From positions 477,251-541,250 of the forward strand of contig NMRA01000219.1 in the NCBI GenBank assembly GCA_002633005.1: a DNA stretch of 64,000 nt, written 5' to 3'. Below, piece by piece: positions 53,601 through 64,000 of this stretch. This stretch comes from Phoronis australis (taxonomy: Eukaryota; Animalia; Phoronida). Under the pieces are notes generated by a model that worked only from the letters and a program-made list of their open reading frames with translations, did no database searches and was not told the origin of the DNA. Each line of letters opens with the position of its first letter. The stretch's first letter is position 1. Both the position numbers and the translations under genes were made by a program.

Positions 53601-55586
53601 TCCCAAACGAAAGATCCTGGGCTGTTCAATTATTCAATATTTAAATTACGCCCTTTAATAGATGCAACAGTCGCACACTTAACGGCAAAAATATTGGAAC
53701 TAAGGATCAAATCGAAATGGACCTTTGAGTCGGCCGGCGTATCGGTATCGAAACTGGTCACTCCCGCAATGCGAATCGATTATGCTCGATTAACCGTCAC
53801 ACCCTTAGTTCGGCGTTGTTAAGGAAAGTTAGATATTGCTGACCAATGGCTTCTGTGTAGATGTGTAGTTTGTAGATAATTTGGTTCAGTTCGTCATGTT
53901 TAGATGAACCCGTGTCATACAATTCCTCTGGTGGACGATAATGGCTTTATTTTGTGGCAAAGGTAAGAAATTACATTGAAAGTCTCTCTCTTGCGGCAAA
54001 TGAGGATCACCTTCGTTCCAGTACATTCAACTTATCCAAAGTCGTTATAAACAATGTTCTAACGTCTAAAGACAACTTTTTCACAAACAGTTTACCTTAA
54101 ATGCGTGGAATATCCGACTTTCGAAATAACCGCGCCGTTTTGAAATTCACTTTCTCGTCAGACGGCTCATCAGGGTAGAGTTCAATAAAGCTAGAACCTC
54201 GATAGAAATGCACAATTACGCGCGAGATTACGCGAGATACTGCTAATGAGCTCTACCCCGGTGGGCTGGCGTTCAGCGATACCTACAAATCCCATGAGAA
54301 GTTTCAACTCATTGGTATAAACGGCGTTTCAACATCTTTCCTGCTATCATGATGACCGAAGTACGGTAGAGGGATCACATTAATCATGGACATTTTAGTA
54401 TGCATATTTGTTTCTTTGCCTTGGACAATGTCTACATGCACTCAGTCGCCCGTTGACAGAACTCACTGACATGAGAAATTACGAAAGGCTGGCCTTGAAG
54501 CTGGATAGAGTCAATATATCTCGTGTATTCAACGAATCTCGTGAAAAATACCTAGAACTGAGAAGGCGAGGGTTTATTGCACTTTTTACTGAAAATAAGT
54601 CATTAAACCCCGCTTTGTTCGAAAAAGAGATAAATGGCACGATATGGGGTATTGTTGGAAAAAGACGCCCTTTGAGCCCTGAATCCGCTGAAGTTGTTTC
54701 TCTTTTCGCGTAGCCGAGCAATCATGGTGTACATCATGCGAAAGTACGCGCCAGAGAGCGCCATCTATCCGATGGATCTTGAGCAGAGATCTTCGGTGGA
54801 CATGTGGTTGTATTATGATGTAGGAACTCTCTACAAAACAATCAGTGATTTTGTGGTGAGCATTATCATTTTTGGCCGAGTGTCGGCTAGTTTCACCACA
54901 ATTGTACAAAAGTGAGTACTTGAAGTAACTTGTATTGTTGGAATCTGTTTGCTTGTGACAAGGTCTCTTCGATACATTTATATTGTCAAACTTCATTTAC
55001 CGTCAAATTTCCAAATTCTAAACGTTTTGCCCTGTGTACGAGTCCTGGATAAGTTTGCAGACAATTGTGACCCTCTTGTGTCATTAGATGTAATTTCAAA
55101 CGTCTTGTGTTGATTTTGCTTTCACAGTATCCCCAGTGGTTGCGAGGCTTGGCACCTGAAAACTACCAAGCTAAATTGGTGGAAGGATGTCTCTCACTCA
55201 TGGACACGTGTCTCCAGAATAAAACGTACCTCGTCGGCGAAACTCTTACTCTTGCCGACATCAGTACGTCCAGTTCGATATCATTTCTCCTCGTCCTGGA
55301 GGACTTTGATCTCCGAAAGTGGCGACATCTTTCGGTGTGGTGGGAAAGAATCAAGGCCCTGCCGTACTTCGATCGGGTCTACCGCAAGTTTTTCGCGTTT
55401 AGAAAAGCCAGACCACCACTACCTAAAGCCAAAAAAATATCACGAACGTCAATTGAAAAGGAGGTAATTTCCTCCAAAGTATCCATCGTCGGATCTGTAG
55501 CTGAAGAACTAATTAAAACGGACACCAAGAACGCTCCCAGCTCGTCTGTGGGGATGTCCGAAAGCGTAGGATCAGACCCGGTGTAG
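50651..55586 (+). CDS. Glutathione S-transferase C with N-terminal MGCVRSK extension and C-terminal tail (~306 aa)
   Basis: Exons 50651-50758 (inferred first exon, CCT|gtaagt), 52253-52405, 53904-53962, 54714-54855, 55128-55586. Motifs [63 protein letters not shown]. The 52253 exon has no in-frame Met before the GST domain and follows an in-frame TAG, so it needs an upstream exon. Confidence 0.85.
52682..52703. other. Short assembly gap inside a GST C intron
   Basis: Run of 22 N. Confidence 0.99.
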
Positions 55587-57486
55587 CGACGTCTGTAACC
55601 TAAATTCATAAATTGAAAACAGCAAAGGAAAGATATAAAATGCTTGTCGATCAAACATGTGAGGTTATTTTGAAGCAAAATTGTGTATGAATTATTTACG
55701 GCTGCGCGTAGTGACGTCTAAAACCTGTATTCAAAGGGGGAAAACGGTTATAAGTTAAGATGTAAAATGCTTGTCGTCCGTACTATATAAGGTTATTTTG
55801 AATAGAAAAGCAGTATCTGAATTATTCACGACTACACAAATATTTCAACAAAATATTTTATTGGTGCCGGTGACTTTTTATACTAAGGCCATGTGTTATT
55901 GAAGATGGCAATATTTTTCATCATTGTGTTACGAAGCCGAACAATGTTTTCCATTTCATAACTAAATGTTAATTCAAAGTACCCAAGTCTTCCAAGAACA
56001 TGTTGATCCTTTGTAAAAAAAAAATACCGAACAACTTCGCGCCAAGTACAAATCATCTTGCATGCTCCTGCGGTATTTTCTTCGTAATAGGTTGACATTA
56101 TCAGCGTCATTAGTAATTCCTTCCTATTTTTAGTTAAATGTGACATAGTAAAAACCCTTTTACAAGTATTTTCCACAAGAGAGGACACGCGTCACTTGGC
56201 GAACAAAAGATTTGCAAAAAACGTCTTTATTGTGTTGGTAGTTGATAGGCGTTAGCGTTTGTTAAAAAAGTTCCCCGGACAACTCTCGACAGTTTGTTTA
56301 ACACGTACTTGTAGTTTCCTAGGCAAATATCGTGATTTACCAGACAATTACGTTTACTTTAGTGATTATGCCTGAAACAACGCGAGGCGTCTCTATTTGC
56401 CGTGTCTAACGGTACTCGGTGTCATATTTAGTGTCTACAAAAAGAACATTTATATTTGGCGTTAGGTTCAAAGCAATCATATAGAGTGACAATGATCATG
56501 GCTGCAATCCGTAGACCCAAAAAATCGTTATAACCCAAGATCACACATAACTTCGCGAGATATCGTCATGCATTACATAGGAAGCACGTGATCGCACTAG
56601 CTAGATTCTCGCGTCTAAGGAATACATCCCAGGATGATCCTAAAGTTATTGCTATCGAAAAACGACCGTATGTCTGAAAGAAAATGCCAACAAATGCTGG
56701 TTGATAATTTGACCGTGTTCCCATCCAGGAAATAGCTTAGTCTAGCTATTTAAGCCAACAATTGAACAAATTTAAAAACACAGTATAATTCGTTCTTCCG
56801 ACTAGTGTACTCGTTCAGTGTCAGTTCAAGGGTCTGCCAGTGAATCGTAAGTGGATTGCTAAGTGTGCACACAGGGCGACGAGCTTTTCTGTCCAACCTG
56901 TATTTGCACTGTGCTTCACTCTGTTACTAGGGTGAACGTCTCTGAGTAAATATTATTCCCAGTAACCGCAAACGCTTTGACAGAAATTTGGTCTTATTTT
57001 CCTTCGTGTTGCAATTAATGCTTGCTTTTTATAAAAGTACATATTTTATAGTTGTTAATTATGTCAAAACCCTTGAAACAGTGGCTGTAAAACATACATA
57101 TTAACCCAGTTTTGACTAATGCAAAATCTACGTGGAACAGAATAACAGTATAGGATTTCTGCCTTGTCTAAAGTCCACACGTAAGGCACTGCATTTACTT
57201 TTTGTTCATAGATGTGTCACAGTAAGATACATACGTCGTTATAATGGTTTGTCACCTATTATGACCCGGTGAACCCCTGATTTCTGCAAGTCACGTTGTT
57301 TGTTTTGTAAACTTTACACATCAAACATTCAGGCAATTGCTCTCCTTAGAAACGAAGTACAAAAGCAAATAATACAAACCCCTTGTCTCGAGACTACCCG
57401 AGTAGTTTGCTGCTGGGGGATTGATCAGTCAGTCGTGATCGACGTTTAATACTTGCTCGGGGTTTTGAACTGACTTCAAATCAAAA

Positions 57487-60400
57487 ATGGGAAACGCGTG
57501 CGCCAGCGAAAATAGTGTGCAGACGGCTGATCAGAGTAAAAGACCAGCAGATAAGCCCACGAATTCTAACAAGCCTCGGCAAAAGAGTGCCGAAAAAAAG
57601 CAGAAGAATGTGGAAAAGAACCAGACATCAAACAGCAAAGAATCTCCGAAGAATTTGGACCTTTACGTGTTTTCTGGGAGTTCAGCATGCCGAGCGGTGA
57701 TGATGACATGTGAAGCCGCGGGAATCAAATACAACAAGAAGGAAATCGACGTGCTCAAAAATGAGCACAAATCGGAGGAATTTCTTAAGGTAAGAAGATA
57801 ATAAAAACAAATCCGGAGCTAAATGAGGTGATCCCGATCATTGCCTGCATACGAATAAAACAGAAAAGCAAACAGTGGTGAGGGGTAAGAATGGACGAAG
57901 GTATTGCAAATGAAATCTATCGGAATCAACTTTCACAGCGAATTAAGTCACTGAAATTGGCTGTGTTCATAAAAAAATTTAAAAAGAACGATATAAAAAC
58001 TTTTGACTTCTATTTAGGTTGTTCTTTATTATTCCGTTATTGTTATTATTGACAATATTGGTATTTCTATTGGTATTGTTACTAATGCTCTATTGCAGCA
58101 CTGTCAACTACATTAAGATGATCAAAGACGTTAAAATACAAACATGTAATTTACGTTTCTACGGTTAATAATTGTACAAAAATGATATTAAACACTGGAC
58201 ATAGCAGAACAACAGGTACAATGGTTGAAAACTTCACAAAAGAACTTAACTCTTCCGTTCTTTTCAGATCAATCCTAATCACTGTTTGCCGACAATGAAT
58301 GACAATGGATTCATTCTGACGGAAAGGTAGGTAGTTCTAATATTTAGTAATCAATATAACGTCAAGCCTGACATTTCTTGATTTTAGAGGACTGGTGCAA
58401 TTCAAAGCTAAAGCCAGATTAAGGTTTCTTGGTGCCTTTGAACTATCAAAAGTAAGAGGGCCTTGGTAATTTGAGCGACTTACCGAGGGTGGCCATGAAT
58501 ATCGATCTTCGTCTCTTCCCCTGGTCCCCACGATTTCTATCCCCTGTCGCCAAAGCTTTCTAATTTCATGCCCCTAGTTTCCAAAATTTCCCGCAATTAG
58601 CCATTTTTCAGTCCCGCAATCGACAAAAGTTTTGATGACTGTTGAGCTACGTGTCGGGCCCCCTATTTTGTGCGAGCCCCACGCCTAATTAGCTTGGATA
58701 ATCTGGCACTGCAAGAGTGGTTGCCCTGAACCAGCATGGATTATATCGTTCACATTTGCAAAGTAATGAGCACTCTGAAGCTGTGCAAAGTTTGCCATAG
58801 GTCACCTACTAAGCCCTCATAGGATAAGTAACTGCGCCAAGTACACGAGACATTGTCAAATTTGCAAATACGTGTTTCATGAAAAGTGACTTTAAGACAT
58901 AAGACAGAAATTTGGTCTTACTGAATAAATTGGCACATAACAACCTAAAAATAATTTATACTAATTGTCTGAGTATTTAGAAGTAATTAATGACTACGTT
59001 CTCAGAGACTATGAGATTTGATTATATTTTCTGAAATAGTTATGAAGAGTGTAAGACCAAATTCTGACTTACGTTTTGGGTCACTTTTCATGCAACAGAC
59101 ACTTCTGATGGCCATGTTTGTGGGCAACAAGTTAAACTGGATGTTTTTAATAAATGTAAATTGATTTAATATTACAACTAGAACAAATTGCAATAATGAA
59201 CGAAAACCAGTTTCCTATTAATTAAATTTCACATTCGATTCAAATCTTTTTTCCAGTCGAGCCATCATGATATATCTGCTGGCTAAATACGCGCCAAAGA
59301 GCGACTTGTATCCCTGTGATCTCCAAGAGAAGGCGATAGTTGACAAATGGCTGAACTGGGATTGTGGATCTTTCGCGCCCCAAGTTATGAAACACGCAGT
59401 AAGTGATAAAGTTTTCATTTTCACTATTATTCATCAGTTATATTGAAGGAAGATAAGGCGGAAATTGAAATTTAATTTGTTTCCCTCCTTCGACCGACCA
59501 TACCTTATGTGCGCGACAGTTATTTCAGTGCAGTCTCGCAAACGACTAGCAAACAGAATATTTTTTAAACGAAAGTCAAAAATATTTACGGTTAACGGTA
59601 TTACAACCTCCAACCTCCATCGCGTTCGCAAGAGCAGGCATTGTTGTGTATTGAACCGCCGTTTAAAAGTAAATCATAAAAATATTCCCTACTAATACAG
59701 TGGCGAATTTAAAGGCGGGCCAAGGGGGCCGTGGCCCCGGCCCCCTAAAATTCTCCCAGATTCCATTTGGCAGTTCGGGAGTGCAAATGTTTGACGGGCA
59801 AAATTCTGGCTAATACTTTGCCCTGCCGCCAGCCCCCCCAACTCAAAATTCTGGATTCGCCCATGATGTAATAGACACTACTAAATTTTAGCTCAGTAGT
59901 GACTGAAAACTCAGTACTGATTTGTTTGCATTCTCAATACATAAGGCGTTACTACACTCTATACTAAGGGCGGTGTGACAGGTCCCTAACGGGAACAATG
60001 CTCTATAATCCTTAATAAATAGGTATTCATTAGCGTTTTCTTAAACGACAAAATGCCGATGACCGCCAACCGTTGGCACAATGGCATCACAGACTCGTGT
60101 ACACCTCTTGTTGTCACAAAAATGCTATCTCTTTTGTAGGCACCGATGCATTCGAAAGGTGAGAAAAAGCTCACGGAGGACATAAAGAAAGATGTCTGTC
60201 CTCTGGTGGAAGGCCTTGACAAGTACCTCAGCACACACGAGTACTTGGCTTGCAATAGGCTAACCATCGCAGACTTCTGCGTTCATTCCACCGCCACTGT
60301 CCTTTGGCTTGTCGGCTACGATTTCAGTGTCCATGCCAACATCTTCACGTGGAAGAAAAAACTGTTTGCTCTTCCCTACTACAAGAAAGTCAACGAGGGA

Positions 60401-63400
60401 TTGATGGACATGCGCAAGAAGCTAGAAATGATGAAGTCGGTGCCGAAACCGGAAAAGTTGTGCCTCTACGTGACACCCGGTAGCGCCCCCTGTCATGCAT
60501 TGATGATGACATGTGCCCATGCTGGAATTGAATACGAGTGTAAAGAGATCGACTTGATGAATGGAGAACACAAAGGCGAAGAATATACTAAGGTTTGTAC
60601 ATGCCCGGAGTAAACGATGAATGCTCGAATTTTCAAACGGGGATGAGCCAATATGCAACTCAACAAATATCATTTTGTTGGAATGAATCATGAAAAATGC
60701 TTGATCAAATAGGACTATGTCGCGAGAGCATTTGAGCCATCACTAATTTCATCTCCTCTTGTCGTTGGTCTTCCCTTGGTGGTTGGCATCATTTCTACTC
60801 TCCCCATCGTCAGATATTTCATCCAACAAACCCCTTTTTGTCCTAAGCCCTATTAATTAAATACTGCTGGAAACGCACAGTCAATTTCCGTTGACTGTGA
60901 CAGACAGGAGCTGCACAATCATGTTATGTCAAATATGGTCTTTGTAAATGAAAGTCACTCAACTTCTTTATTGGATTTAACTTTAAACCAACTTCTCGTA
61001 TTGATAATAGAAATGTAATTGGTCCTCTCCCAGCTAAAGCTCTGTTAGATTATGATGGCATATCCATGAAAACAAAGAAATATTTAAGTCTGATTTTGTT
61101 AACTGATCCACTGAGTGTTATGTTGAAACAATCTATTTCTATCTAAGTCTTCACAGAAAACATGAAAATTGACGTGATTCCTGTGTTTAAAAAGAGGACC
61201 GTTGCTTTTACACAACTACAGGCCAACTTTGTTCTGTGTCCTGAGATATTTGTTTTAAGCCTTCTGGAAAGGTAATTTATAAACAGTTTTAATATCAGTT
61301 TCAAACTGATGGCTTGCTACATCGCCCAAAGTATGATTTCCGTGGGGGGCGCTCATGAATAAAATTGTTAAAGATGTGAAAAATCGTAATTACCTCTGGC
61401 TTTCTTATTTAGTCCCCCTAAAGGTTTTGTGCAATCACTTTCATCTTTTTGAGTAGCTATCTCATTAACAGTTCTCAGAGGATTCAGATAAACAATAAAA
61501 TCATAGTTATCATTTCTGCAGGGCGTCCCACCGGGATTTATACAGGGTCCATTATTGTTTCCCATTTACGTGAATAATTTTGCAAATTGTACCAATGCAT
61601 TTGATTGTATTCAGCGTGCTGATGACACAACCATTATTAAAGTTATTCAAACCTCATTGTCTGGTAAAGGAATTTCAAGTCATTTCGAATGATCTCGGGA
61701 AAATTAAATGTTATTGGAATGGTTTTTATCACAACTAAGATAAATAACATGTTTTTTATGAATCTCAAAAAATTATTGTCGAGAATTTAGATACTGAAGT
61801 AGTCGATTCTTGAACCTGGTTATAATTCTTCATGATGATTTATTGATGGCGCCATATATAAACAATTTGTAGAGAAAATAAGCAGACTGTCGTTTTCCAA
61901 ATAACATCAAACTCTTCGTACCCTTCATATTGAAACTTCAATGCATTCACTTCGATTTTCCAGATTAATCCTCAACAAAAAGTGCCAACAATGGATGACA
62001 ATGGATTCATTTTGACGGAGAGGTAAGTGAATTTTAATTAAGAGCAGATTTGTGCTAGCATTGAAGTGTTCGCCTCGTTATACCATTTCAACTACATAAA
62101 TAATAAGACTGTTTTTAAAAGAGTTTGCGTGGCACGAGGCCAACCGCTTCAAAATGAATTTCTGTTAAGAAAGCAGGTTGCTATAGCTCTCTGGATGGCG
62201 ATATATAAAACATTAAACAGCAAACAGAAATATAAAACGACCAGGGAATAAATTGCTGTTCCTATTTTCTGACTTAATCCATCGCCACCGTGGCTCGAAC
62301 ATCAGGACTTTCAGAGAGTTTTATAACTATCTTTCGGCTGAAAACATGACTTTTTAGACTTTCTTGAGAAAAAATCAGTGCTGTAGTGGGGGGTAGGCGC
62401 ACGTAGGCGCAGCCAACCACCTTTTGGTATTTGAACGTAAAGCCTACGCACCGTAACTTACGTTCAGTGTTCAAGGTTATGCGGTGGGCTCTGGGCGTCT
62501 ACTTACCTCTAATTTTACCAATACAGCACTTGAAAAAATGAATTACAGTTGGTAAATAATCAATACAGTCGCGTGTTTAATGAAACGTACATCAAGAAAC
62601 ATTTACTGCCTATGTGCAAGAAAAGCTAAGAAATTCACTATACGAAACCTACTGGCTACTATACGGAAACATTGCAATGAGAAGTCTACCGAGCCATGTG
62701 CCTACTCAAACATTCGATTAATATTTGCATTTCTCAGTAGGTACGTTTATTCTCATTTTATAGCCGCGCTATCCTCTCTTACCTGGTCTCCAAATATGCC
62801 CCACAAAGTCAACTTTATCCCTGCGACTATCAGAAGAAGGCACTCGTGGACAAATGGTTGTGTTACGACATGGGTACTCTATACCCAGCCCTGGGAGCTT
62901 ACGTGGTAAGAACGAGAGAAAACTCAATCGGCTGAATTGTCTGTAATATACAGACAGTTGCAAATTAAACATTTTTTAAAATAATCCAATGCCCTATTAG
63001 GCCTACTTACCACTCAAATATTTTTGAAATTTGTATGGACTGTCTTGACAAAGAAAGTGCCGAAACTTTGTGACGTAGAAAACGAACATAAATCGCGATA
63101 TGTATTTAACTTTGAGCTTCACTGCAACACAGTGCCTTGATCTCGACCATATTGTTTTAAACAATCTCTTTAACTTCCAGTATCCTTTTGTCATGCGCAA
63201 TGAGCCCCTGAGTGAGGAGAAGAAGGCTAAAGTCACAGCCGTGCTGGATTTCGTTAACTCGCATTTGGAAGGCAAGAAATGCCTTGTCGGAGACTCGGTC
63301 ACCATCGCCGACATCTCCACGATAGCATCCGTTTCGATGCTTTACTTGGTTGGATTCGATCTGTCTCCGTGGAAGAACCTTCACGGCATGTTACAGTGCT

Positions 63401-63884
63401 TCAAAGAGCGTCCATATTTCAAGGAGGCTAACAGAGGACTCTTCAAAATAAGAGAATCCATTGTCGCAAGATCCGGCGACAGTTCCCAGACTGGTGTCGC
63501 CGCACCTGTTAACCACCAATCAGCTACGCACGGCGTGGCTGGTGTTCCTTCGGAAGGGCTCACACTGTACTGGACCGGCTTGAGCCAACCTTCGCGGGCG
63601 GTTTTTGCGACGCTGAAGCTTGGTGGTGTTGACTTCAAGTCTAAAATGGTTGACTTCCTAAGTGGTGAACACAAGCGCCCAGAATACCTTAAGGTAAGAT
63701 TGTTATGTCGGTCATATGTTTTACCTTAGTGCTTTTTCGTAGTCTAAATTGTTAGCAAGACTCGTTATTACTCTACACATACCATGTTCTCAACTATTTT
63801 ATACCAATCATGTCACTTCTTTCAGGTAAATCCTTTGGGAAAAGTACCTACGCTTGTTGATGGCGATTTTTGTTTAACCGAAAG
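57487..63884 (+). CDS. Multi-unit glutathione S-transferase D (at least 3 tandem GST units; 3' end lies beyond the window)
   Basis: Exons 57487-57789, 58268-58326, 59257-59398, 60140-60592, 61964-62022, 62764-62905, 63181-63693, 63826-63884. Exons 60140-60592 and 63181-63693 each encode one GST C-domain followed without a stop by the N-domain of the next unit. Confidence 0.92.
59698..59865. mobile_element. hAT-like MITE (CAGTGGCGAATT...ATTCGCCCATG); partial copy at ~17895-17965
   Basis: Imperfect TIRs and a shared internal gggccaagggg..aaaattct.ccagattccatttggcagt sequence in two GST introns. Confidence 0.6.
61160..61640 (+). pseudogene. Degenerate LINE reverse transcriptase fragments in a GST D intron
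   Basis: VIPVFKK..NYRP and GVPPGFIQGPLLFPIYVNNF..ADDTT match the LINE RT motifs GVPQGSxLGPLLF and YADD; interrupted. Confidence 0.7.
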
Positions 63885-64000
63885 GTAAGGAAATATATGC
63901 AAAAGCATCATTCGATTTTTTGCGTGCCACCGTTAAAATCAAAACTAATTTTCTTGGTTTTAAGAAACTCTCAAATCAAAATACAATTTATACATTTCGG

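Overview
AT-rich, spliced (GT-AG) eukaryotic DNA from a draft, probably invertebrate, assembly with two N gaps and several duplications joined by a single N. I rebuilt the exon chains by hand with phase checks. The window holds a detoxification-type gene cluster. (1) On the minus strand, a 10-exon gene (15134..4199, about 1093 aa) encodes a signal peptide, a catalytically dead carboxylesterase domain, a second intact carboxylesterase domain and a C-terminal HEEL ER-retrieval motif. (2) Divergently on the plus strand lie four Theta/Delta-like glutathione S-transferase genes whose units all share 59-nt and 142-nt internal exons: two ordinary single-unit GSTs, a GST with an N-terminal MGCxxS acylation extension and a C-terminal tail, and a gene fusing at least three GST units in one reading frame that runs off the window end. 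(3) Between them is an unrecognised two-exon gene (about 179 aa) that also starts with an N-myristoylation motif. Introns and intergenic DNA carry MITEs, a TIR element with a 6-bp TSD and a nested foldback, a TTAA-flanked THAP-remnant element, LINE RT fragments, micro/minisatellites and hairpins. Gene models come from sequence only; no expression data or database searches were available.
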